Below, one piece after another: positions 1 through 11,419 of a DNA stretch of 64,000 nt (position 1 is its first letter; each line of letters starts with the position of its first letter). This DNA is from Blastocladiella emersonii ATCC 22665 (lineage: Eukaryota; Fungi; Blastocladiomycota). A model generated the notes under the pieces. The model was given only the letters and a program-made list of their open reading frames with translations. It ran no database searches and had not been told where the DNA came from. The stretch spans positions 992,001-1,056,000 of the forward strand of contig JANHCV010000006.1 of the NCBI GenBank assembly GCA_025594325.1, in the 5' to 3' direction. The position numbers and the translations under genes are program-made.

Positions 1-893
1 CGTAGCCCTTCGAGTCGTCGCCGTAGTAGCCCGACTCGTAGCCCTTCGAGTCGTCACCGTAGTACCCGGAGTCGTAGCCCTTCGAGTCGTCGCCGTAGTA
101 GCCCGAGTCGTAGCCCTTCGAGTCGTCGCCGTAGTAGCCCGAGTCGTAGCCCTTCGAGTCGTCGCCGTAGTAGCCCGAGTCGTAGCCCTTCGAGTCGTCG
201 CCGTAGTAGCCCGACTCGTAGCCCTTGGAATCGTCGCCGTAGTAGCCCGAGTCGTAGCCCTTCGAGTCGTCGCCGTAGTAGCCCGAGTCGTAGCCCTTCG
301 AGTCGTCGCCGTAGTAGCCCGAGTCGTAGCCCTTCGAGTCGTCGCCGTAGTAGCCCGAGTCGTAGCCCTTCGAGTCGTCGCCGTAGTAGCCCGAGTCGTA
401 GCCCTTCGAGTCGTCGCCGTAGTAGCCCGAGTCGTAGCCCTTCGAGTCGTCGCCGTAGTAGCCCGAGTCGTAGCCCTTCGAGTCGTCGCCGTAGTAGCCC
501 GAGTCGTAGCCCTTCGAGTCGTCGCCGTAGTAGCCCGAGTCGTAGCCCTTCGAGTCGTCGCCGTAGTAGCCCGAGTCGTAGCCCGAGTCCTTGCCGCAGT
601 CGTCGCCGTAGTAGCCCGAGTCGTAGCCCTTCGAGTCGTCGCCGTAGTAGCCCGACTCGTAGCCCTTGGAATCGTCGCCGTAGTAGCCCGAGTCGTAGCC
701 CTTCGAGTCGTCGCCGTAGTAGCCCGAGTCGTAGCCCTTCGAGTCGTCGCCGTAGTAGCCCGAGTCGTAGCCCTTCGAGTCGTCGCCGTAGTACCCGGAG
801 TCGTAGCCCTTCGAGTCGTCACCGTAGTACCCGGAGTCGTAGCTGCCGTACGAGTCGTCGCCGTAGTAACCCGAGTCGTAGCCCTTCGAGTCG
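1..893. repeat. 36-bp coding tandem repeat, about 24 copies, with one 45-bp Cys-containing variant unit near 571-615
   Basis: Unit cgtagcccttcgagtcgtcgccgtagtagcccgagt repeated head-to-tail with no spacers. Confidence 0.97.
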
Positions 894-916
894 CTGCCGT
901 AGCCGTAGCCGGTCAT
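1..916 (-). CDS. Gly/Tyr/Asp/Ser-rich tandem-repeat protein (DSGYYGDDSKGY)n, C-terminus runs off the window start
   Basis: ATG at 916 in a ccaccATG context after a C-rich leader. Reads MTGYGYGSDSKGYDSGYYGDDSYGSY(DSGYYGDDSKGY)n, open to base 1. Unit variants are mostly synonymous. No signal peptide at the apparent start. Not in the ORF track because no stop lies in the window. Confidence 0.8.
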   Translation of the reverse strand, partial: MTGYGYGSDSKGYDSGYYGDDSYGSYDSGYYGDDSKGYDSGYYGDDSKGYDSGYYGDDSKGYDSGYYGDDSKGYDSGYYGDDSKGYESGYYGDDSKGYDSGYYGDDCGKDSGYDSGYYGDDSKGYDSGYYGDDSKGYDSGYYGDDSKGYDSGYYGDDSKGYDSGYYGDDSKGYDSGYYGDDSKGYDSGYYGDDSKGYDSGYYGDDSKGYDSGYYGDDSKGYDSGYYGDDSKGYESGYYGDDSKGYDSGYYGDDSKGYDSGYYGDDSKGYDSGYYGDDSKGYDSGYYGDDSKGYESGYYGDDSKGY

Positions 917-1716
917 GGTGGTGGAGGGGGTGGGGTGGGGTGGGGGTGGGGTGTGCAAGAGTGCAAGGGAGAGAGGACTGGGAGGCGCTCGCTGTCGAAT
1001 CGAGAGGGAGGGATGCGGGGCGGCGGCCGCTATTAATCGGCCGGCGAGCGGGACGCGGGGGAGGGCGAGGGTGCAGAGCAGCGGCGACAGCAACAGCGAG
1101 GCGGGCGATGCCCACGGCGAGGCAGCAGCTGCCGAGCGAGCGATCTCTCTCAGGCCAGCGGCGTCGCTGCGCGCGAAGGAAAGCGCAGGTCCACGACGAC
1201 GACAACGGCCGCGTGTGCCTGCGCGTCTTGGCGCGACGCCAGCTGGCGTATGGAGCTAGCAGAAACGCGAGAGAGCAAGCATCGGATCGGGCCCTGCCCA
1301 TGGTGCTGCGCTAGGTCCACTTGCGGCGCGCCGAGTCGTCTTTGGACCCGGCCGCGCCAAGCCGCGAAGGCCGCCGCCGTCCTGGGTCCACTTTCGCGGA
1401 GCTACGCGTGGCCGCAGCGCGTCGCTCGTTGCATCCAGTTGCGTTCCATCTGCTTGCATCGCTCATCGGGAAGGTGCGTGGGGCCCCGGAGCTCGAGCGA
1501 GTCAGCGAGCGAGCGAGGTGTGGCGGCGGACGACGCCGCGGCGCGTGGGTCACGCCATTTCGCGTCGCGTCTCCAAGTCCCTGAGCTGAGAGACAGAGGC
1601 AGGAAGCACGGCAAGTCGAAGACAGAATACGAGATATAGTACACTAAGAAGAATACAAACGGCTTACAATGACGAAAATCAAACTCGGAGCGCAGTCATA
1701 CACGCGCTCCCCTTGC

Positions 1717-3195
1717 TCAGATGAGCGCCGCTATGGCCGCCGCGACGGCCTCGGGGGCCGGCGCGACCATGGGCATCTCGATGCGGTCGAAGAAGTCGAC
1801 CATCTTTGCCACTTCCTTGGCGTACGAGCCCTCGATCGGCGACGCCTTGGCCGTGTACAGCGACGTCAGCACCGGCGTGATCAGCGGGACCATGCGCGGC
1901 GGCGCCGTTGTGCCCTTGGCCGCCGCCGCCACCACCTTGGCCTCCATCATCTCCTTGACGCCCTTGACCTTGTCACACACGTTGTTGAGCGCCATGATGC
2001 GCTTGAGGGCGCGGCGCTCGTGCGGCGCCATCGCGTACACCTTGTGCGCGTCGATCATCTCGAGCGCCGAGCTGATCGCGTTGAAGGTGACGAAATCGGC
2101 GTTGCTGTTGAGCGCGTGCTGTTACGAGGCGGGCGAGGACGTAATGGTGAGCAACTGGTCGAGGCGGGATGATCGGCCGCAGCAAACCGTACCTCAGCAA
2201 CGCGAATCCACTTCTGGACCACGGCGTCGCAGTGCGTCTTGGTCCCGTGGATCGATCCCTTGACGATCACGTAGATCCGGTTGTAGGTAACCGGCTTGTT
2301 GACCTGGAGGATCGCGGCGACGGCGGCGCCCACGACCTCGGGGTCCTCGGACTGGGTCCCGCGGATGGCCGCGCGGATCGTCTTGACCAGGTCGCCGAGC
2401 TCCAGCGACGCCGGCGCCGCCAGAGCCGCGGCCAGGTCGCGCGACCGGTACTCGAGGATCATGCGGGCCATGTCGGCGGCGACCGAGTAGTCGCGCGGGT
2501 CGATCGTGTTGGCGCGGGTCGCGAGCCCCGTGCACTGGTTGTACACGGTGCGCGAGACACGGCGGATGACCGACTTCTTGAGGCCCTTGAGGACCTTGGC
2601 CGGCTTGACCTTCTTGGGGGTAGTCGAGGCGGCGGTCGCGGTGTCGTCGACCTTGACCTTGACCTGCAGCTGCTGGTGCTCGGGAGCGACGGGGATCTGT
2701 CGGGCGATGCGGTTCGGTGTGAGTCGCGGATCGGATCAGTGATGGGTTGAGAGCGAAGAGAAAACGTACCCCGCCGAGACTGAGCTGCGACGCGGACTTG
2801 CGGAGGCGCTTGAGCGGCGCCTTGAGCGCGCCGACGATCTTGTCGAGGAACGACGGCGACGACGGCTTGGGCGTCGACTTGGAGGCCGCCGAGGGCTCGG
2901 GCGCGGGCACGAGGTGCTCCTCGGAGCCCGAGTTGGCGACGGCGACGGCGTGGTCGGGCGCCGGCGTCTCGACCGACTCGTCGCGGGCGAGCGCGGGAGC
3001 GGGAGCCGGGCCGGCGGCGGCGACCACGGTGGTGTTGAGCTGGAGCTGAATCTGGGCAAGCGCCGGGAGCGGCGCGGCCTCGGGCAGCTTGATGGCGGCG
3101 GCGGGCGCGGACGTCGCCGAGATCGACTCGTACATGGCGCAGAGTCGGGCGACGCGGCCACGGCCGCGCAGGAGGGGCACCTCGAGTGACACCAT
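1717..3195 (-). CDS. Hypothetical protein, ~443 aa, 3 exons (3195-2770, 2696-2193, 2118-1717)
   Basis: GT-AG introns at 2697-2769 and 2119-2192 join three codon-biased frames in phase. Ala/Pro-rich N-half and predicted helical C-half. No family recognised. Confidence 0.7.
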
Positions 3196-5337
3196 GATGC
3201 GGATGGTGATGATGGTGAGCTTGAGGTCGAGGACGACTGACGGACTGGCCGGGAACGGGGCCGGTCGGGTCGGTCGGGTTGGGTCGGATGCAGGTAGCGC
3301 AGGAGCGGCGGTGCCGAGATGCTGAGCCGTTCGGGTCGAGCCGTAGACGAGCGTCGAGAAGATGAAGACGCGGTAGAAGTCGACGGCGGAGGCGAGCGTG
3401 AACGGGAGCGGGCAGGCGATGCCGATGTGCGCGGGATGCAGCCGGGGGTAGTGCAAATCCAGGATAGGACGTGCGGGGAAGCTCGGTCAAGGCGTTGCGG
3501 TGCGGGATACGGGTGGGACTGTAGCCAGCGGGGCAAAGCGATGGACGAGCAAGAGTATGGGGGAGAGCGAGCGGGGATGGCGGGGCCCCCGGCCGCCTTT
3601 ATAGTTCCAGTCCGTTGCATGAAGAAAGGTCGTCGCTGTCAAGCCGATTCAGTCACGACGGCAGACTGACTGGTTCGTCGTCGACGGGCCGTGGTGGCGG
3701 AGGCGGAGGATGAAATCAGTCGGAAAGCGCGCGCGACTGGCCACCTGACCCGACCTGACCTCGACCTGCTTTCGCTGCCCGCTGGAGGAGCGATCGCAGC
3801 GCGAGAGTGACGTCGATGGCGCGAACACGAAGAACGTGATGTCTCGCACTTTTGGGGCCTGTCGAAGCGCGGGAAGCGTTGCAGCAGCAAAAAAGGGATC
3901 GGCGGCGCAGCGCACGGAGAGCTCACCGAGGTCAACCGGACCGTCGCTCAGTGCAACGGGACCGCGACGCCGCGGCAGGCGTCTCGGGCGAGCAGCGGGT
4001 CGAGAAATTAGCGGCAATGGCGCGACCAACCCGAGGGCGAGAACCTGCGGAAAGCCGCCGCGACGCCCGAGTCGTGCAGCGACACACTCAGAAAGGAGGA
4101 GACGACGCGGTACAGCTCGAGGAAGCGCGCAAGCGCGAGTGTATACGAAATCAGCTACCGAGCGAGCGCCACCGGTGTGTTTCCGCAGCTGATCGAGTCG
4201 GCGGTGGTTGTGCGTGTCGGGGAGTGGTCGGGGAGCGGTTGCGTGTGTTGGGGAGCGCGGTGACGAGGGTGGCGGCGGGCGGAGGCGCGCGGAGGAGGTT
4301 CGTGCGGTCGACGCATCATAGTTTCAGCAAGTCGTCTCGAGCGAGATACATGAGTTTCGTGGGTCAGACGCATCGCGGGGAGTGGGAGTGCGATCAGCGA
4401 CGCGACGCACATAGGGGCCGGTGGCGTCGTGTGGCGGCGCCACGTCGTGAACGCGAGGAACGCGCACGCGGGGCGCTTCGTCGGCCGGGCCGAGACAAGA
4501 CGCGGTGCGCGTGCGAGCCCGCTGAGTCGACCACCACTCGGCGCATCTGCGGCTCGGGCTACAGGGGGCGTCGAAGCGAGCCAGTCCATCGAGGCGACAT
4601 GTCCGCCAGCGCGGACGTACCGTTACACAGCCTCGGTGCCGTCCGGTCGTGGGTGCGACCGCTCGGCGCCCAGTACCGACGGCCACCGCGAGTTCGACGT
4701 TCCAGTCTACGACAGAAGCCGGTCAGTATCACGAGGCGCACCGGCAACCGAGGTGGCAGCGATGGTGGGACGGCGGTGCGAGGCCGCGCGCCGTTCATCC
4801 CGCTCCCGATTCGGCGGGCGTCCGGCTGCAGCGGCTCACCGCGCGCGCGTCGCCGCACATCCGCCAAGTCGCGCCGAAAGACCGCGGCGGTGGCGGTGGC
4901 AGCAGGCCCGTGTGCCTGGAGCGCGGCGAGGTTTGATGTCTCGCGTGATGTTCTGCGCGATCGGCGCGCGGTCAGGAGCACCGCGGGAGCACTGTAGCGC
5001 TCACGGAGTGCTCGGAGGGCACGTTGCAGACAGTTGATAGCATGGGGGCATAGATTCCGTCGCGTGGGGTTGATATCATCGCATGTGGGGCGAGGGAGAT
5101 GCGGGAGAGCGGAGTAAGCGACGCGTCGCCCTTGACCTCGACCGAGCGCAGCTGCTCGTCCAGCACCCTCGCCGCTCGCCACTGCTGCCGTTGATCCTCA
5201 CACCCGTGCCCGCGACCATCACATACGAGAGGGAAGGAATCGAGCGAGCGAGTAGTAGAATCAATACGAATGGACCAAAACGAGTCGAGCGCGCATGCCC
5301 CAACACAACACCACCACAAACACCACCGCGCCCACGC

Positions 5338-7970
5338 CTATGCGAACGGCAGGTAGTCGACGAGACTTCCCTCTGGCTGCTTCATGCCCTTGGGGAAGAA
5401 GGACGCGAGCCGGTCGTACACGGCCGACCGCGCCGCGAAACCATCATCGTCGTCACCCTCCTGCCCCGCTCCCGCGGCGCCGCCGGCAAACAAGTGCATC
5501 GACAGCGCCGCGAGCTCGTGGACCTGGTCGGGCGCGACGGTGGCCGCGACCTGGGCCTGGAGGTAGTGCATGGCCTCGATCGGATCCGCCGAACTACGGC
5601 ACAGGTCGAGGAACCGCTGGCGGCGGAGGAGGAACGCGGCCTCGCGCACCACGTCGCCGACGGCCGGTCGGTGCAGGTGCAGCTCCCAAAAGTCGTCGAG
5701 CCGCAGGTTGCGCGGCGCCGGGTCGTCGGGGTTGCCGCCGAACAGGAGCACACGCTGCCCGCGCGCGTCGTAGATGACCTGGTGCGCGTACCGCGGCCGC
5801 GGCGCGGCCCCGCCCGTCGCCGCAGTGCTAGGCAGCGGCACGCTGTGCCACGTCCCGTCGTGCATGCGGTACACCCACAGCGTCGACGCGTTGGCCGTCG
5901 GCGCGGCGGGCGCGGACGTCGGGCGTGTGCGCAGGACGCCCGTGATCGCGTCGATCGAGGAGGTCGTCGAGGCGGGCGTCGCGGGCGAGATGGGCGACGT
6001 GACCGTGGACACCGCCGACGACACGGCCGCTGCAAGTCCACCGGCGACGGAGGCCGACCGCGGGCGCGGGACCAGGTTGGAGAAGACGAGAACCGAGTCG
6101 GACGCGGCGTCGTAGGCGGCGCGCTGCGTCAGGCTCATGTCGGGGGCGCCCGACGACGCGAGCTTGGCGACGTGGTCCTTGGTCACGTCGTAGGCGAGGA
6201 AGTGCGCAAACGGCTCGCGCGGGCTGCGCTGGCCGCCGAGGACGAGCAGCTGGCGCGTCGGCGGGTGGAACACCATGGCGTGCGACACGCGCGGCTTGAG
6301 CTCCTGCGCGGCCGAGTCATGGCTACGCGTACACGGGAGAATGTGAGTCTTGAATCGCGTACAACATGAGCGAACTAAGCGTACCGTAGCAGGACCCACC
6401 GCGCCTCGCGGACGTGGTACGCGTAGAGCCCCGAGAAGATCTGGACCGACGCGTCGCGGGTGACGACGCGGCCGCCGAACACGTAGAGGATCTGGGCGTC
6501 CGAGTCCATGGCCATCTGGTGGTCGTAGATGAGCGAGGGACCCTGGTCGTTGGCCGTGTTGGTCGAGAGGCGGGTCCAGGTGCGCGAGTCGAGGTCGAAC
6601 CGCCAAAAGTCCGAGTCGAACGCGCCCGCGCCGCCCTCGCCGATGGCGTCGCTGCCCATGGCCGCGGTCGCCGCCGCCCCCGCGTCCGAGGTGTCAATGA
6701 ACCGGCCGAGCATGTACGCGCACCGGCGCGCGGGGTCGACGCAGATCTTGTGGCACGAGCGCGGCGAGGGGCCGTGCCCAACTGCGCGGGTGTCGTGGGC
6801 GACGCAGGTCCAGGTACGCGCGGAGAGATCAAAGGCCCAGAGGTCGCCGAGGTCGCGTGCGCCGTCCCACCCGCCGTGGACGTAGAGAACGTTGGCGTCG
6901 GCGTCGAGGAACGCCTGGTGCCCGCCGCGGCCGCACGGGCGCGGCATGTGCTGCGGAACGGCGACGGGCGCCCACTTGGGCGTCCACGCGGCCTGGCTGA
7001 CGTGCTCGTCGAGCATGCCCTGCTCCGCGGCGCTCACGATGAGGCGCTCGGCGGCCTCGTAGTCGCGCTGGTGAACGACGCACGCGTGGAGCTGCGACAG
7101 GAGCGGGTCCTCGAGGGCGGCGCCCGGGTGCTGGGCGACCTCGGCGGCGAGGGCGGCAAAGGCGCGCGAGAAGTTGCGCTGGCGGAAGAACTTGAGGCAC
7201 GCGCGAACGAGCTCGTTCTCGCGGGTGGCCTCGAGGGAGGCGCGGGCGCGGTCGACGACGAGCGGGTCGGCGATGCCGTGGGCCTCGAGGTACCAGATCG
7301 AGTAGGGGAACTCGCGCTGGAAGCTGGCGAGCGGCACGATCTTGAGGAAGCGCACGGGGAACGCGGCGCCCGTCGGGGTGCGGTGGCGCAGCGCGACCGT
7401 CTCCATCTCGGGCGAGTTCTCGAGGCCGCCGTGGAACACCTCGACGAGACCGGTACCGGGCGCCGAGATGGCCGAGTTTGCTGCGGCCCCCGCGGCAGCA
7501 GCCGTCGCCGGGTCCGCAGCGGCGGCCGGCTCGTCCATGTGCATGCCGGCGAGGACGCGGAACTCCTTGAGGTTGCAGACGTGCTCCTTGTGGTACTTTC
7601 CGAAGACGAGGTGGGTGACGACGGCGGGGCGGTCGAGCACGATGGTGAGGAACTGGGCCTGGTCGCTGACGAGGGTGGTCCACCGCGACGCCTGGTCGCC
7701 CGGCCGGTTGTAGAGGATCTGGTGCGGCGGGAAAGTGGGCGCGGCCGACGAGTACGAGTGGATGGCGTACTTGAGCTTGGCCGGGCGGTGGCCCGCGAGC
7801 AAGTCCTGCGGCACTGCGTTGGCGGCGCATGCGGACGACGCGGCGGCGGCAGCGGCCCATGCGGCCTTCTTTCCGTGCGCGATGCCCTCGGAGGCCGCGA
7901 CCAGGCCGGCTGACGCGGAGGAGGACGAGGCGGTGCCTGTTGGCACAGAGTAGTTCGGGGACTCGATCAT
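5338..7970 (-). CDS. MKLN1: Muskelin (discoidin - LisH - CTLH - Kelch repeats - C-terminal helical region), 2 exons
   Basis: KYAIHSYSS...PHQILYNRPGDQASRW...FGKYHKEHVCNLKEF discoidin motif; LisH-like ELVRACLKFFRQRNF; Kelch repeats (RGGHQ, VHGGWDG, RSCHKIC, LYVFGG); C-terminal RSAVYDRLASFFPKGMKQPEGSLVD. Intron 6323-6384 joins the frames in phase. Confidence 0.9.
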
Positions 7971-8277
7971 GGCGTCGGCGTGTCGTCTGGTTCTACTGCT
8001 CGGTCGGGGCTGGAACGGGGAAAAGTCGTTGATGCGTCGTGTACGTGAACGTCAAGTGGTTGCGCTTTGCTAGCGGGTGCGAGGGGAGAGGGGGAGGGGT
8101 GCGGAGAACGAGCGAGCGGGCGGGTGGGAACGCGCGGCACCGCGTGGCCAACGGAAACGCGTCGCGTTTCGACGTCACGCGGCCCCTTCTGCTGCGAGAC
8201 ATCCGCTTTCCTCTCCCACTGCCCTGCCCACTGCCGCACACGTGCAGATGACCTGCTGCTATCTAGCGATGTATATG

Positions 8278-10589
8278 CTACCTCCGCACAATCAGCGGAA
8301 TCCTGCGCCCCGTCTTGGCCGACACGACGCGCCCGAAAGCGTCCGCTGCCGCCGCCGTTCCTCCTCCCTCGGACGTGCCCGCCGTGGCCCCGCGGTGCCG
8401 CCCGCCGTGCGCGCCGCCGTCCGCCTCGTACTGCATCTGCAGGTGCCGCGGGTACACGGCCGAGCTCATGGGCCGCGTCCCGTTGCCCGAGGACGCCACG
8501 ACCGCCGCGTACGTCGCCGGTCCCGCGGACGGCACGGGCCGCGCGGATGCCCTCGCGAGTGGCGGGTAGCTCGCGTGATACCCGTCGCCCGGTGGCGGTG
8601 GTGATGGTGGAGGTGGTGGCGGCCTTGGACTTCGTGACCGCGCGAGCGAGCCGCCACCGCCGGTTGCGCCGGGGCTCTGCGTCCGGCGGTACCCCGTCCC
8701 CGTCGCCGCCGCCACTGCTGATGGCTTGGGCGGTGTTCCGCGCGACACGGACGCAGACACGACGCCGAGCCGCGACGTGAGGACCGAGTCCGGCGCGAGG
8801 TCGTACGGCGGCGGCGCGGGCGCGTAGCCGGGCGGAGCTGCTGATGGGATGCGCGCCGACGGCCGCTGGTACGTGAGCGGCGTGAGCCGGACCGTGGCCG
8901 TGCTCGGACGCGACGCCGCGGTGAAGGAACCCGACTGCCCGCCGACCCACGCTGCAGTCCGCATCGCGCCGCCGGAACCGCGCGTCCCGTCGCCGCTCGG
9001 AACGCGCGGGCCGAACGCGCTGCTTGCCGCCGCGCGCGAGTGAGCCGAGGGCGGAGGGCCCGCGGCGCCATGAAGTAATGACGGTGGCGGCGGCGGTTGC
9101 GGGAGGGTCTGGCCCGTGCGTGGTCGCGCGGGCGGGTGCAGCGACGACGTGTGGGCCGAGAGTCGTTTGAGCGGGGACGGCGGGCGCGCGAGCGGCGGCG
9201 GCGCGATGATGGGCGCCTGCTTCGCGTGCAGCGGGGCCTGGCGCACCGTCATGAGCGCCGAGAGCGACGGGCCCTCGGGAACCACTGAGTGCGCGGCCGC
9301 GGTGCCCGGGCGCGAGCCAATGGACGGGAGCGCGGCGGACGCGCCACCGCCGCCGGTCGCCGGGTGGACGAGCGAGCGCCAGTGCGTCCCCGTGGTCGTC
9401 GGGCGCGCGCCGAACCACGACGGCTGGGCCGCGTCGATGCGCGGGACGCGGAGCGGCGCGCCGTCGTCGCCGGCCTCGTCGTCGGCGTACCAGCTCATGG
9501 TGGACGCCGTGTCGTCGAGCCCCCACCCATTCGAGTCGCACGAGCTGCCGAACGTCCAGTCGTCGCTCGAGAAGTTGGAGTTGACGGATCGTCGGCCCTG
9601 GTGGTGGTGGCCGCCGGGCTCCCCGTCCGGGATGGCGGCGACGCACGCGACCGAGCCGTGCACGAGGTCGATCTCGTGGTCGACGTTGGCCGTTAGGAGC
9701 GGCACGGCGACGGCGTCGGGACCGAGCGGTTCCTCGGGGTCCCACGACTCGAGCTCGGATAGGGCGAGCGGTGGCGGCGTCGACGGGTCCTCGAGGAACA
9801 CGAGCAGCAGGTCGTACGCCTGGCAGGTGGTGCCGGCGGCGGCGTAGAAGTAGATGTGCGTGTCACGACGCGCGATGCAGAAGGTGCCCGGGTCGAGCGA
9901 GGCGGGGAGCGCGTCGAGGGCGGTGCCCTGCGCGACGGTCGTCAGCTGCAGGGAACTCGTCGTATTCGGGAGCGGCGCGGGGTCGGTGGTCGACGGTGGT
10001 AATGGCGGCGGCCGCTGTTCCTGGACAACCATCCTGGGGATATCGAGCGAGTGGTTAGGCGGATAGGACTCGGGCGGTAGTCAGGCGCGTACCACGACGA
10101 CTCGCCCGCATCGGGATCCAAGCACCGTTGCAGCTCCTCGGCAATGTGGTCCCACGGGATAAGCGACTGGCAGCCAAAGACGACGGCGAGCTCGTCACCG
10201 CCATCGTCCTCGCTCGCTGCCGGCTGCAGCAGGGGTGGGATAGCGATGGCCTCGCCGCGGACCCTACACGCGCGCGCCGGTGAGACACGGATTCCCGCGG
10301 CGGTGCAGCGAGACCGAAACGCATACCGGAACTGCGGAAATCGGGCCTTCCACTGAGCGGCCTCGTTGGCGAGCTCGGGCGGGACCGACTTGGCGAGGGC
10401 GGGGATCTCGCCAAAGATCCAGTCGTCGACGTGCAGTAGCGTGTCGGTGAGCTCCTTGGCGCGGTTTTCATCGTATTCCTGGCATTCACCGCGGCCGTGT
10501 GAGATTACTTTGCGCAGAGTCCCGTGGGCTCAACGTAGTACATAGGAGAAGCCGTCGGTGGTGGAGCTGTTGGCGCTAAAGAGGTCCAT
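8278..10589 (-). CDS. FAM149/DUF3719-like protein with long disordered C-terminus, 4 exons (10589-10542, 10478-10327, 10263-10093, 10033-8278)
   Basis: Three 59-63 nt GT-AG introns splice in phase onto the 584-aa ORF. The spliced N-terminus EYDENRAKELTDTLLHVDDWIFGE...NEAAQWKARFPQFRVRGEAI matches the DUF3719 pattern as recalled (D/E-x-LF/IF-E ... E-x-x-x-W-x-x-x-FP-H/Q-L/F-R-V-x-G). Confidence 0.65.
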
Positions 10590-10753
10590 GGTGCTCGCGG
10601 GCACGGCGCGCGCATGCCAGTGCAGCCAGAGCGGGGCGGGCAGAGTGCATCAGCAGTCCATGGTCCATGTGTTGCGGATGCTGCCTGTCGTTGGGCGCGG
10701 TCGCCAAGGTCGGTGGCGGAGCTCCACCGCGGCCGCGAGACGCGTCGCGCTCT

Positions 10754-10772
10754 CCCCCCCCCCCCCCCCCCC
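10754..10772. repeat. C19 homopolymer in the divergent intergenic region
   Basis: Run of 19 C counted directly from the sequence. Confidence 0.9.
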
Positions 10773-11419
10773 AAGCCGTCACCTGACGATCTCTCCCTCT
10801 TCATGTTCGCGAACAGCTCTCTGCCCCCACCCGCCATGATCTCCGCTCAAACGATCACTCCACGCACTCGCTGCAACGCGACGCGCCGACGCGGCTGTGG
10901 CGACGCCGCGGCGTGCGGGGCGCGCGCCGAGGCGATGGGCGTGACGGGCGCTGGTGGTCGGGCCAATCAGCGTGTCGGGCCCCGCTGCTCTAATGAAGTA
11001 AAAAAAGGTGCCACTCGGCCGTTGTCGCCCTCGCCTCGACCGCGGCCGCGGACGTTGCTCTCCCCCACGCTGCTCTCACACACTCGCACAGGCACAGGCA
11101 CAGGCGCTGCCCTCCGATATCCTATAGACTGGTGCCTCGCCCAGCTCGCCGCCGCCAACCATCATCCATAGACCGGCTGCGGGCTCGCCTGGCTTCGCCG
11201 CAGACGCCACCCTCGTCTTCGCCTCGATAACGTACGGGTTTCCTCGGAGATCATCGTCGTGCCGCCGCCGCGCTCACCGTGCCCTCTATGTCCCGCTAGT
11301 CCTGCTAGCACGAGAGAACCCTCATCGCCGCTCGTCGCGCGACCCGCGCACCTCGTCCTCCGCCTCCCTCGCCGCGTCGTTCGGAAGAACCACACCCGAC
11401 CCCGTGTCGCGGCAACACC

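Noticed and set aside
1-893. 36-bp repeats as a CRISPR array
   Set aside because: Units are directly adjacent with no unique spacers, keep an open reading frame with synonymous variation, and lie in a eukaryotic gene context.
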